Assembly (NCBI GenBank): GCA_965217865.1
Contig: CBDCJO010000002.1
Location: 3,744,001 to 3,808,000 of the forward strand
Source: Candidatus Latescibacterota bacterium
GTDB lineage: Bacteria; Latescibacterota; UBA2968; SICM01
Reading direction: 5' to 3'
Length of the DNA: 64,000 nt
Shown: one piece after another, positions 54,429 to 64,000 of the stretch
Layout: every line of letters starts with the position of its first letter
Numbering within the stretch: position 1 is the stretch's first letter
Notes under the pieces: generated by a model
What the model was told of the DNA's origin: nothing
Database searches by the model: none
Seen by the model: the letters and a program-made list of their open reading frames with translations, nothing else
Program-made: the position numbers and the translations under genes

Positions 54429-54660
54429 CTAATCGGACTCAAGAAATGGACAGTGATATGGAATGGTGAGAAAGTCAGCCAATTCCATCTCATTTAGATC
54501 GACAGGATCACCCTTGTCCAAACGTTTCGTGATCTGAGATCCACTGATATTGAACGCGTCCACAAACTTCGGCGTCGTACCGTCGAACAGGACGTTTTCC
54601 GGATTCCAATCTATGCCGGAGAAGTAGGGAAGATTTTCAGCCTGCTGCAGACCTTCCCTA
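54429..54660 (-). pseudogene. C-terminal fragment of an unknown cassette gene
   Basis: Frame EGLQQAENLPYFSGIDWNPENVLFDG...CPFLESD* ending ~50 bp before an attC; 5' part replaced by the IS. Confidence 0.5.
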
Positions 54661-54661
54661 G

Positions 54662-56187
54662 CAGCCTGTTGAAAAAGTGCGTTTATGCCAAGATGACTGT
54701 TGTCTTTCCTTGTGGTTTGGTCCTATGATATATCAGGTTCAAACTGAGAAGGGAGGACGAGCAAATGGCAATGGGAAAACGAGGCCGACAGAGACAGGAA
54801 AACCTGTTCATCGCATCGAACACTTTGGTGAAATCTCCGGGTCATCCGTTCTACGAGAAGCTGAATCAGGTATTGGGGGCGAACGGCTTCGACGAGTTCG
54901 TCGAGGGGCTTTGCCAGCGGTATTACGCTCCTCATATGGGTCGCAAGGGCATTCCGCCCGGGGTTTATTTTCGGATGCTTTTGATTGGGTATTTCGAGGG
55001 ACTTGATTCGGAACGTGGGATCGAATGGCGTGTATCTGACTCGCTGACGTTGCGCCGGTTTTTGGGGTATGCCCTTGACGAACAGACCCCGGATCATTCC
55101 AGCCTGTCTCGCATCCGGCATCGGCTTCCCTTGGAAGTTCACGAAGCGGTTTTCAAGTGGATCCTGAGGGTCTTGTGCAAAGCGGGTCTGGTGAAGGGGA
55201 AGACGTTGGGCGTGGATGCTACGACACTGGAGGCCAACGCCGCGATGCGCAGCATTGTACGCCGTGACACGGGTGAAGGCTACCAGGCATTCCTTGAGAA
55301 TCTGGCCAAGGCCTCGGGCATTGAAACGCCTACCCGCGAGGACTTGTCCAAGATCGATAAGAAGCGACCGAAGAAGGGATCGAACCAGGACTGGGAGCAC
55401 CCGCACGACCCGGATGCCAAGATCGCTAAGATGAAGGACGGTCGCACGCACATGGCGCACAAGGTGGAGCACGCGGTGGATCTGGACACCAATGCCATTG
55501 TGGCAGTGGCGTTGTCGGGAGCAGATGAAGGAGATACCGAGTCGTTGCCCTGGACGCTGCTCGAGGCGCAGCTCAATCTCAAGCAGGTCGCGAAGGACGA
55601 AAAAGCTGCCAAACGTTTGCACAGACAGCGTATACGGGAGGTGGTTGCGGACAAAGGATATCATAGCAACGATGTATTGACCAGTCTGAAGCAAGGCGGC
55701 ATCCGGAGTTACATTTCAGAACCGGATCGGGGACGCCGCAAGTGGAACGGCCGACGAGATGAGCAGGCCGCGGTATATGCGAATCGACGCCGGATCAAGG
55801 GAGATCGCGGCAAGGCCTTGCGCCGAAGTCGTGCAGAACGGGTGGAAAGAACCATCGCTCACACATATGATACCGGTGGCATGCGCAGGTTGCACTTGAG
55901 AGACCGCGGCAATATCCTCAAGCGTTTGCTGATCCACATCGGGGGCTGCAACCTGGCTCTGCTCATGCGCAAAGTGATGGGCGTAGGTACTCCGAAGGCC
56001 CTCCAGGACCTGGCCAAGGCCTTGCAGCGTCTACTGCTCGTCCTACAATCACGTTTGCTGCCCTCGGTCACCTTTTTAACCTCTTATCAGCGTCTCCTGC
56101 TCAATCTCCTTACCTTGATTTATCTGACCCGCACTCCAGGCGTCTTTTCCGTCTATGTGCGTTGAAAGGTAGTTCTTCAACGGGCTG
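54662..56187 (+). mobile_element. IS5/IS1182-like DDE insertion sequence, copy 2
   Basis: 1526 bp, same ends, CTAG on both sides. Confidence 0.95.
54765..56165 (+). CDS. DDE transposase (DUF772-type N-terminus)
   Basis: GRKGIPP, PDHSSLSR, GVDATTLEANA, VADKGY, VER. Confidence 0.92.
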   Translation: MAMGKRGRQRQENLFIASNTLVKSPGHPFYEKLNQVLGANGFDEFVEGLCQRYYAPHMGRKGIPPGVYFRMLLIGYFEGLDSERGIEWRVSDSLTLRRFLGYALDEQTPDHSSLSRIRHRLPLEVHEAVFKWILRVLCKAGLVKGKTLGVDATTLEANAAMRSIVRRDTGEGYQAFLENLAKASGIETPTREDLSKIDKKRPKKGSNQDWEHPHDPDAKIAKMKDGRTHMAHKVEHAVDLDTNAIVAVALSGADEGDTESLPWTLLEAQLNLKQVAKDEKAAKRLHRQRIREVVADKGYHSNDVLTSLKQGGIRSYISEPDRGRRKWNGRRDEQAAVYANRRRIKGDRGKALRRSRAERVERTIAHTYDTGGMRRLHLRDRGNILKRLLIHIGGCNLALLMRKVMGVGTPKALQDLAKALQRLLLVLQSRLLPSVTFLTSYQRLLLNLLTLIYLTRTPGVFSVYVR

Positions 56188-56614
56188 CTAGGCGCCCTGT
56201 AGCACCTGCCGTTACCTTATCCATTAGTTTCTCTGTTGCCCTCAATTTCCAATCAAGATCCGAAATACTTTTCCATGTATCAGAGACAAGCGTGGTTGCT
56301 GTGTCCCCAAGTCTCGCTAAGAATCTCTTGGAAATATTCAATTCTTCCGCTATAGACTCCAAGAGTTTTTCTAATATCTCTTGTTCAGTTTTTGCGGTCC
56401 AAGGCACAAAAAGCAAGGAGTAGTGTCCTGCTTTTCGCAGATCCTTTTCCATCATTTTGAGAACGGATGTCTTACCTTCCCCCCAATTTCCGTATAGACC
56501 CAACCTGAAGGATGAATTAATTGGGGAATTGATTGTTAAACTTGCTAGACCACTGGCAAATTGAGAGCGGTTAAGATGATCATCAGAAGTAGGTTCATCG
56601 GTAATCAGGTTCAA
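56188..56614 (-). pseudogene. KAP-family P-loop NTPase, 5' part
   Basis: DHLNRSQFA...GLYGNWGEGKTS Walker A...FVPW; cut by IS copy 2. Confidence 0.88.
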
Positions 56615-56690
56615 ACATCACCTCTATGCTACTTGTGAAAAAGTGACAACGTCAGGACGGCGCCACCGTGGGGTTTTGGGTTGGTATTTC

Positions 56691-56827
56691 ATATAACGGT
56701 CTGGGTTGCAGAAGTGGCCGTGTCAGACCAAAAGATAAGGGTTTGAAGGATACGGGAAAAGAAAAACCCACGGCCATTTTTAGGGTGGGTGGAAGTTGAG
56801 GGGGGGAACTGCAACCCGGTGTTATAG
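56691..56827 (-). other. attC-like site
   Basis: ATATAAC...GGGTTGCAG / CTGCAACCC GGT GTTATAG. Confidence 0.85.
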
Positions 56828-56862
56828 GAAGTGCCAGGCTGGGGTGGTTGGGCGAGGGCTTG

Positions 56863-57725
56863 CTAGGACGGCAAGCCCGCATCCTTGAAAAAGGCAGCAA
56901 CATCCGATTGCATTTGGGTCGTGAAGCTGTGGCCAGTTTTTTCGTAGAGGTTGAATGTCGCGTTTGCTCCTGACCCCATAAAAGCTTTCCGCACATTCCA
57001 AAATCGTTCAACGAGTTGCTCATTTGATCCAAAGAGACGGTACACGGCATCTCGATCCTGCTCGTCATATCCATCGTCGAAGGCAACAGGGTCATTAGTA
57101 TCATCTGCTCCAAGAGTGAAAAGATGAGGGACGCAATTGTAACTGTCTCTGCAGAAGGGTCTGCCGCTCAAACGGCCTAGATCAGTGTGCCAATTGGGTA
57201 TCGGAGGGGTTCGCCTTTCCACTCCTCTACCGGAACCATGTGTCCTCCGCAGCTTCCAGCCACGACTGCCGTCACTCGTTCGGGATGCAGAATAGCAAAG
57301 CGATTCGCGAATTGCCCAGCAGCAGAGAAGCCGAAGACCATGAATCTATCAGCTTCTGACATTTCAAGTCGTCTCGCATACGCAACCATCGACAGCAACT
57401 GTAGATCCAGCCGTACCAATTGGCTGTCGAAATTGGAGGCTGTGAGCATAGTGGCCCGATTGAGCGAGTGCGTGTAGTGTTGACAATATTTCTGAGCGCT
57501 CCATCTTGGAAAGATCGGCACGAGAACGGTCACGTCGGGCATCAACTCAGAAATAGCACCTATTTGACACCGAGCCTTTTCGACGTGTGGTGCCAAGTCT
57601 TCCGTCCCAATGCCCGTGTTATTCGGGGCGACCAAGAGCTTGCTTGGATCACCTGAGCGAACGAGGAAGGGCCAGAAGAACCCACTCTCTTGATTTGGCT
57701 CAATAAATTGAATGGTGCAAGCCAT
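56863..57725 (-). pseudogene. Alpha/beta hydrolase cassette gene, frameshifted near 57185
   Basis: FGFSAAGQFANRFAILHPE nucleophile elbow; G..D.ND and GH in the second frame. Confidence 0.75.
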
Positions 57726-57745
57726 CTGCTTTTTAGCGGCGCTAG

Positions 57746-59271
57746 CAGCCCGTTGAAGAACTACCTTTCAACGCACATAAACGGAAAAGACGCCTGGAGT
57801 GCGGGTCGGATAAATCAAGGTAAGGAGATTGAGCAGGAGACGCTGATAAGAGGTTAAAAAGGTGACCGAGGGCAGCAAACGTGATTGTAGGACGAGCAGT
57901 AGACGCTGCAAGGCCTTGGCCAGGTCCTGGAGGGCCTTCGGAGTACCTACGCCCATCACTTTGCGCATGAGCAGAGCCAGGTTGCAGCCCCCGATGTGGA
58001 TCAGCAAACGCTTGAGGATATTGCCGCGGTCTCTCAAGTGCAACCTGCGCATGCCACCGGTATCATATGTGTGAGCGATGGTTCTTTCCACCCGTTCTGC
58101 ACGACTTCGGCGCAAGGCCTTGCCGCGATCTCCCTTGATCCGGCGTCGATTCGCATATACCGCGGCCTGCTCATCTCGTCGGCCGTTCCACTTGCGGCGT
58201 CCCCGATCCGGTTCTGAAATGTAACTCCGGATGCCGCCTTGCTTCAGACTGGTCAATACATCGTTGCTATGATATCCTTTGTCCGCAACCACCTCCCGTA
58301 TACGCTGTCTGTGCAAACGTTTGGCAGCTTTTTCGTCCTTCGCGACCTGCTTGAGATTGAGCTGCGCCTCGAGCAGCGTCCAGGGCAACGACTCGGTATC
58401 TCCTTCATCTGCTCCCGACAACGCCACTGCCACAATGGCATTGGTGTCCAGATCCACCGCGTGCTCCACCTTGTGCGCCATGTGCGTGCGACCGTCCTTC
58501 ATCTTAGCGATCTTGGCATCCGGGTCGTGCGGGTGCTCCCAGTCCTGGTTCGATCCCTTCTTCGGTCGCTTCTTATCGATCTTGGACAAGTCCTCGCGGG
58601 TAGGCGTTTCAATGCCCGAGGCCTTGGCCAGATTCTCAAGGAATGCCTGGTAGCCTTCACCCGTGTCACGGCGTACAATGCTGCGCATCGCGGCGTTGGC
58701 CTCCAGTGTCGTAGCATCCACGCCCAACGTCTTCCCCTTCACCAGACCCGCTTTGCACAAGACCCTCAGGATCCACTTGAAAACCGCTTCGTGAACTTCC
58801 AAGGGAAGCCGATGCCGGATGCGAGACAGGCTGGAATGATCCGGGGTCTGTTCGTCAAGGGCATACCCCAAAAACCGGCGCAACGTCAGCGAGTCAGATA
58901 CACGCCATTCGATCCCACGTTCCGAATCAAGTCCCTCGAAATACCCAATCAAAAGCATCCGAAAATAAACCCCGGGCGGAATGCCCTTGCGACCCATATG
59001 AGGAGCGTAATACCGCTGGCAAAGCCCCTCGACGAACTCGTCGAAGCCGTTCGCCCCCAATACCTGATTCAGCTTCTCGTAGAACGGATGACCCGGAGAT
59101 TTCACCAAAGTGTTCGATGCGATGAACAGGTTTTCCTGTCTCTGTCGGCCTCGTTTTCCCATTGCCATTTGCTCGTCCTCCCTTCTCAGTTTGAACCTGA
59201 TATATCATAGGACCAAACCACAAGGAAAGACAACAGTCATCTTGGCATAAACGCACTTTTTCAACAGGCTG
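57746..59271 (-). mobile_element. IS5/IS1182-like DDE insertion sequence, copy 3
   Basis: 1526 bp, CTAG duplication at 57742-57745 and 59272-59275. Confidence 0.95.
57768..59168 (-). CDS. DDE transposase
   Basis: Near-identical to 54765-56165. Confidence 0.92.
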   Translation of the reverse strand: MAMGKRGRQRQENLFIASNTLVKSPGHPFYEKLNQVLGANGFDEFVEGLCQRYYAPHMGRKGIPPGVYFRMLLIGYFEGLDSERGIEWRVSDSLTLRRFLGYALDEQTPDHSSLSRIRHRLPLEVHEAVFKWILRVLCKAGLVKGKTLGVDATTLEANAAMRSIVRRDTGEGYQAFLENLAKASGIETPTREDLSKIDKKRPKKGSNQDWEHPHDPDAKIAKMKDGRTHMAHKVEHAVDLDTNAIVAVALSGADEGDTESLPWTLLEAQLNLKQVAKDEKAAKRLHRQRIREVVADKGYHSNDVLTSLKQGGIRSYISEPDRGRRKWNGRRDEQAAVYANRRRIKGDRGKALRRSRAERVERTIAHTYDTGGMRRLHLRDRGNILKRLLIHIGGCNLALLMRKVMGVGTPKALQDLAKALQRLLLVLQSRLLPSVTFLTSYQRLLLNLLTLIYPTRTPGVFSVYVR

Positions 59272-59313
59272 CTAGGGCGCCGCTACCTCTTTTGGGTTAA
59301 GGCTGGCATTTCC

Positions 59314-59433
59314 CTATAACTTACGGTATCCACGAACCCATACGAATTCAATCATTCGGCATATCTCCCGCCCTTCGCAGATACCTCCCCACGAAGAAAT
59401 AGCCGATATTTGTTCGTAGATGCCTTGCTATAG
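59314..59433 (-). other. attC-like site (R'' variant), first of the array
   Basis: CTATAAC...GGTATCCACGAAC / GTTCGTAGATGCC TT GCTATAG. Confidence 0.7.
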
Positions 59434-59564
59434 GAGAAGTCGTTTTTAGGATGAACTCACCTTTGACAATTACATCATACTATCCAGAGGACTCTGAATC
59501 TTTCAGATAGTCGTGATACTCGCCTTCTTGATAGGTTCTTTATCTCGCTACCGAATCCATACTC

Positions 59565-60911
59565 CTAAAACCTCAGCGCAAATACGGTTTTAAAATTAGT
59601 CTTCGATTGAACGCTGATCGTACCCTTGTGTAGCCTCATAACCTGTCGTGAAAAACTTAAGCCGATGCCGGAGCCTTCCGGCTTGGTCGTAAAGAAAGGG
59701 ATAAAGATCTTTTCCTGTACTTCCTCCAGGATCCCCGGTCCGTTGTCGCTTACCTGAATAAAACATCTTCCTCGATCGTCCATTCTGGAAGTCAATTCAA
59801 CTCGAGGATCAGTTTGGTACTGCACAGCCTCTATGGCGTTTAGGAGAAGATTAATCACAACCTGTTCGATCAACTCGGAATCGGCTGTCAGTTCAAGACT
59901 TTTCGGATCTATATTCATCTGAAAACCGATGCCTTTGTTGTCCATCTCCCCCTGCATGAGCTGGCCGATCCGTTCAAAGAGTTCTACAACGGGTATGATT
60001 TGGAATTCCGGCTTCGGAATTCGCGTAAGTTTGCGATAGGTGTCCACAAAATGGAGCAAGCCCTGGCTTCGTTTCTGAATCGTTTTGACCGCATCACGCA
60101 CGTCGCTAATCGATTCATCAGTCGTTGTTCTTGAGCTTTGACCATCCGATAGCAGGTCTTTTGCCGTCGAAGCGAGGGAGGCAATGGGTGTCACAGAATT
60201 CATGATTTCGTGTGTGAGGACACGAATCAGATTTTGCCAGGCCTCCATCTCCTTTTCCTCTAATTCGCTCTGGATGTTTTGTATCGATATCAGGACTAAA
60301 ATCTGTTCGCGAAGCTTGAACTCGGTCGCATAGATCACCAGCTGCATTATTTCATCGTTATTTTGGACTCTGATGCTTCTCCTTTCACCCGGCTTCATGT
60401 GAAACAAGGTTTCCACCAGAGGCATGCTGAAACGCTCTAAGGATTTTATGTTGGACAAAGGATATGTAACCTTCAACAGGCGGCGGGCAGCCGTGTTCAT
60501 GAGCTCAATTTCCCCATTCCGCTGAAACGAAATTAGCCCGATTCCAACGTGTTGAACCACGGTCTGCAAGTAGCGATAGTGTTCTTCTTTTTCCGCCCGT
60601 GCACGACGAAAGTCGTCGAGCACCCTGTTAAACGAAGATTTCAAAGCATCGAAGGAAGAGCCCAATCCAGCGCCGGTAAATGTTTGCGAAAAGTCGGAAT
60701 GTTGAATGGATTCTAAGAATCGGGCAAGGTCTCGATTGGTCCTGTCAACATAATGAATAAGCGCATAGATCTGGTAGCAGGTGATGACGCCAACCACCAG
60801 AACCGTCGCATAATATGTCGTGTGGATCAGGAGGTAGATAAAGAGATATATCGTCGCTCCGAGTAGCAACACACGAGTTATGCAGTGTAAGCGAAATCGT
60901 TTATAAACCAT
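59565..60911 (-). CDS. Sensor histidine kinase (PAS, NtrB/NtrY-like)
   Basis: THEIMNS H-box, NLLLNA, DNGPGI, FFTTK, GSGIGL. Confidence 0.95.
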   Translation of the reverse strand: MVYKRFRLHCITRVLLLGATIYLFIYLLIHTTYYATVLVVGVITCYQIYALIHYVDRTNRDLARFLESIQHSDFSQTFTGAGLGSSFDALKSSFNRVLDDFRRARAEKEEHYRYLQTVVQHVGIGLISFQRNGEIELMNTAARRLLKVTYPLSNIKSLERFSMPLVETLFHMKPGERRSIRVQNNDEIMQLVIYATEFKLREQILVLISIQNIQSELEEKEMEAWQNLIRVLTHEIMNSVTPIASLASTAKDLLSDGQSSRTTTDESISDVRDAVKTIQKRSQGLLHFVDTYRKLTRIPKPEFQIIPVVELFERIGQLMQGEMDNKGIGFQMNIDPKSLELTADSELIEQVVINLLLNAIEAVQYQTDPRVELTSRMDDRGRCFIQVSDNGPGILEEVQEKIFIPFFTTKPEGSGIGLSFSRQVMRLHKGTISVQSKTNFKTVFALRF

Positions 60912-62277
60912 ATTTTTCCAACCGTCGGTACAACGAAGTTCTTGATAAACCCAATTCTCTGGCCACTCGGGTCATGTTTCCATCGTGTTTTCGGATTGCC
61001 TTACGAATCACGGCTTTTTCTACACTCCCCAGGTTATAATCATCCAGCGTCAATGCATCCTTCTCTGTTTCTGGAGCGGAAAGGAAAAAGTCAGAAGCCT
61101 GAAGAACGTGAGTATCCGCCATGATCACGGCCCGTTCAACGGCGTGCTGGAGCTCCCTGACATTTCCAGGCCACCGATATTCCTCAAGCTTTTTTAAAGC
61201 GGCAGGATGCACGCGCTTGATATCTTTCTGGTATTTCCTGCTATAGATGTCTACAAAATGGTCGGTCAGAAGTGCAACATCACCTTCACGCTCTCGCAAA
61301 GGCGGCACGTTTATCTCAACCGTGTTGATTCGGTAAATCAGGTCCTGGCGGAATTCATTTTTTGCGACCTTGTCGTAAATTGATGAATTGGTCGAGGCTA
61401 TGAGACGCACTTCAACGCGCTTTGCAACATTGGACCCAAGTCGCGTAACCTGACGGCTCTCCAATACGGTCAACAGCTTTGCCTGGAGTGCGGTGGATAG
61501 GTTTCCGATTTCATCCAAAAATAGGGTGCCTCCGGAAGCCACTTCAATCCTCCCTGCGCGATCCTCCTTAGCGTCCGTGAAGGCGCCTTTCACGTGACCG
61601 AAAAGTTCGCTCTCGAAAAGGGTTTCGCTCAGCGCGCCCATATCTACGCTGATAAACACATCATTGGCTCGTTGGGACTGTCTATGAAGTGCCCTCGCAA
61701 CCAACTCCTTCCCCGTTCCGTTCTCACCCAGAATCAAGATGTTGGCCTCGGTTTCTGCAACTTTTTGGATCGTGCTAAAGACCTCCATCATCCCCGGTGA
61801 ATCCCCAATCAGGTCGTGAAACTGCCGATCAAGGTCGGCGCTTAACTGTTTTTGGCGAGAGCGGAGATTGTCCACCTCTTTACGCGATTGCCTCAGGTTC
61901 AGCGCTGCAGATATCGTGGCCACAAGTTTTTCATTCTGCCAGGGCTTCAACACAAAGTCCGTCGCCCCTTCTTTGATAGCCCGGACCGCCATTTCCACGT
62001 CTCCGTAGGCCGTGATCAGTATGACGACTGATTCAGGATCGATTTCCAGGATTCGGTTTAACCAATGAAATCCTTCCTGGCCGCTGGTGGCGTCCTTGGT
62101 GAAGTTCATGTCCAGCAGAATGACGTCGTATCTCTCGTTTTTAATCATAGATAGGACATTTTCCGGGTTTCCCTCCGTATGGACCAGGTCGACATACTGC
62201 CTGAGCAAAAGCCTGGCGGCCAAGAGGATGTCCTGATTGTCGTCAACGACGAGTATACTTCCCGGAATTTTATCCAT
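60901..62277 (-). CDS. Sigma54-dependent response regulator (NtrC family)
   Basis: Receiver domain, GENGTGKE, GAFTDA, WPGNVREL, Fis-type HTH. Confidence 0.95.
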   Translation of the reverse strand: MDKIPGSILVVDDNQDILLAARLLLRQYVDLVHTEGNPENVLSMIKNERYDVILLDMNFTKDATSGQEGFHWLNRILEIDPESVVILITAYGDVEMAVRAIKEGATDFVLKPWQNEKLVATISAALNLRQSRKEVDNLRSRQKQLSADLDRQFHDLIGDSPGMMEVFSTIQKVAETEANILILGENGTGKELVARALHRQSQRANDVFISVDMGALSETLFESELFGHVKGAFTDAKEDRAGRIEVASGGTLFLDEIGNLSTALQAKLLTVLESRQVTRLGSNVAKRVEVRLIASTNSSIYDKVAKNEFRQDLIYRINTVEINVPPLREREGDVALLTDHFVDIYSRKYQKDIKRVHPAALKKLEEYRWPGNVRELQHAVERAVIMADTHVLQASDFFLSAPETEKDALTLDDYNLGSVEKAVIRKAIRKHDGNMTRVARELGLSRTSLYRRLEKYGL

Positions 62278-62370
62278 GCCAATAAGATTCCTGAGATTAA
62301 ATTAGTCCTATGAACACACCGCAATCATAACTTGGATATAGTGCTTAGTCAAGGGGAAACCGCAAAAGCC

Positions 62371-62408
62371 TGTCCGCTGGCGGACACCTACTGTTACGAA
62401 AGCGAACA
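62371..62408. promoter_or_regulatory. Tandem palindromic activator-binding sites
   Basis: TGTCCG-N4-CGGACA perfect palindrome plus degenerate TGTTACGAAAGCGAACA in the divergent intergenic region. Confidence 0.55.
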
Positions 62409-62820
62409 CTTTTTTTAGACTGACAGGCCTATTTTTTTCGTAAGTCATTAAAAAACAATATGGGTATATTTCTTGCGGTAGAAATTCATTGGACGCGTAT
62501 GCACAATTAACATTTGACCAATCTCTTAAAAACCGAAAGTTCTCGTTAAGGAGAGGCATCGTGTTAAGAAACTACCTGACTGATGCATCTTGAAATCTGG
62601 CTCACTCCGATGTTCGAGGAAGATATTCGTGACCTGTTGTCTCGATCAGTTGTAGGCGGGATAATCTAAACACCAAAGGAAGGGGGATGGTCCTATGTAT
62701 ATGTGTGGTGAAATTCTACGGGCGTTTTGGTATTATCACTGTTTGATCGGCCCTCCCTACGAGTGGCGCACCACGGGTGGAGAATCGGTTCGTGGCCGGA
62801 CTCCAGCGGCCTGGTCCGCG

Positions 62821-63837
62821 ATGATCTGTTTGGTTTTCTTCCTTTCTCTGCCGATCGTGGCAAGAGGGGAGGACGGGGCTCCTACGGAGCCACTCAAGCG
62901 TTCTGAAAATAAAGCTCCTGGTGAAAGTGTCAGTTCTTGGGAGGACGTCAAGGGTGATGGAACCTATGCAATGGGATATCGAGATGGTCGTTACGAATTT
63001 AATTTTAAAACCAAGGGCGAAATTTCCTTTACGGTAAACGGCCAGGATGTCAAACGCATAGCCCGCGATGCTTTTCTTGTGGTGGAAGAAGAGGACGGTA
63101 ATATTAACGAGCTTAGGCAGTTGGAAATTAGAGCTGGGTCCGATGGATTACCCGAATACAAATGGTCAATTAACCGAGAGCGGCTCCCTTTCGACGCCGA
63201 AGCCCGCGCTTGGTTCCGAAGAATGCTCCCTCGAGTGATTCGGGATGCTCCGGTTAATGTGAGAAATCGAATTGGCCAATCTTTGAGCCAAAAGGGGGTC
63301 GGAAGTGTGCTTAGAGAGATCGGTCGTATACGGACTGATTACGTTAAGAGTATACATTTCCGGACTTTGCTCGACCAAAAAGGCCTTGACATAAAAGACC
63401 GCCGGAGGGTCATTCTGGCGGCGGGCGAGACGATCGGTTCGTCCCAGGAACTAGCCGTGTTCCTTGATGGGTCATCGCATACCTTGCTTGAAGATAGCCG
63501 GTTGCTCCCGGCCTTCATATCAGCGATTAAGGAGATTGATTCCGACATGAACCGCCGATGGCTTCTTTCGAAATGGGTCAAACATGGAGGTCTGAACATC
63601 GAAGCAAGGGAAACGCTGCTTGAGGCAGCCAGTGCTTTCCGTTCAGATTCAGAACTACGTCATTTTTTAGTTCAGTTTATCGAAACGTATCCCAAAGGTG
63701 AGTCGCTCTCATCAAATTTTGTAAACGCTATATTGCACCTGCGTTCGAAGTTCGAGAAGGGTCGTGTACTCTCGGCGATGAAACGGCACTTCCCCGATAC
63801 CGAGTTCCGAAAGATCCGGGAGTTGGTGACGCAGTAA
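62821..63837 (+). CDS. Hypothetical exported protein with helical repeats
   Basis: Signal-like N-terminus; repeated I.SD/S...L motifs; start uncertain. Confidence 0.65.
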   Translation: MICLVFFLSLPIVARGEDGAPTEPLKRSENKAPGESVSSWEDVKGDGTYAMGYRDGRYEFNFKTKGEISFTVNGQDVKRIARDAFLVVEEEDGNINELRQLEIRAGSDGLPEYKWSINRERLPFDAEARAWFRRMLPRVIRDAPVNVRNRIGQSLSQKGVGSVLREIGRIRTDYVKSIHFRTLLDQKGLDIKDRRRVILAAGETIGSSQELAVFLDGSSHTLLEDSRLLPAFISAIKEIDSDMNRRWLLSKWVKHGGLNIEARETLLEAASAFRSDSELRHFLVQFIETYPKGESLSSNFVNAILHLRSKFEKGRVLSAMKRHFPDTEFRKIRELVTQ

Positions 63838-64000
63838 ACGATTTTTAGCTCGCAGAGGTCAGCAGCGCAAGTATCGAACCGGTGGAACTGTTATAGAATT
63901 AAGCTAACTAGGAGCCTGTCGGGGAACCCCAATTTCACTGACTCGCCATACTATATCTTGTGCCATTTAATTTCGGCAAGTACGACATGTTGTATGGACA

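Noticed and set aside
59433-64000. Integron integrase or attI upstream of the cassette array
   Set aside because: No tyrosine recombinase ORF; the region encodes a two-component system.
63908-64000. Another IS end (CTAG followed by GAGCCTGTCGG)
   Set aside because: It resembles the CTAG-targeting IS ends, but the window stops before any transposase or second IR.

Overview
A 64-kb bacterial accessory region that is heavily decayed and mosaic. It holds many truncated, frameshifted or fused genes, with a few intact islands: an ABC ATPase, a GH-like TIM barrel, tandem TPR/GWxTD-type proteins and an NtrC-type two-component system. No integrase, reverse transcriptase, rRNA/tRNA or CRISPR array is visible. 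Four non-obvious structures stand out. (1) Two transposase-less IS1595-family cargo elements have intact terminal inverted repeats and perfect 8-bp target duplications. One splits cas2 (18427-19201). The other carries a type II R-M pair into an alpha-L-rhamnosidase gene (33324-35463). A remnant transposase with a matching end lies at 23251-23714. (2) An integrase-less array of attC-type gene cassettes spans about 48.2-59.4 kb, with outliers at 28.9-29.9 kb and 40.5 kb. Its cassette ends share an extra GTT-N8-TGCC motif and are self-complementary beyond the R box. (3) A KAP-NTPase cassette is broken in two, with its 3' half inverted. (4) An intact IS110 recombinase gene is followed by a long structured 3' non-coding region, a bridge/seek RNA candidate. 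There are also three copies of a CTAG-targeting DDE insertion sequence and debris of restriction-modification, CRISPR-Cas and other IS elements. All family calls are from motif recognition by eye, not from database searches.
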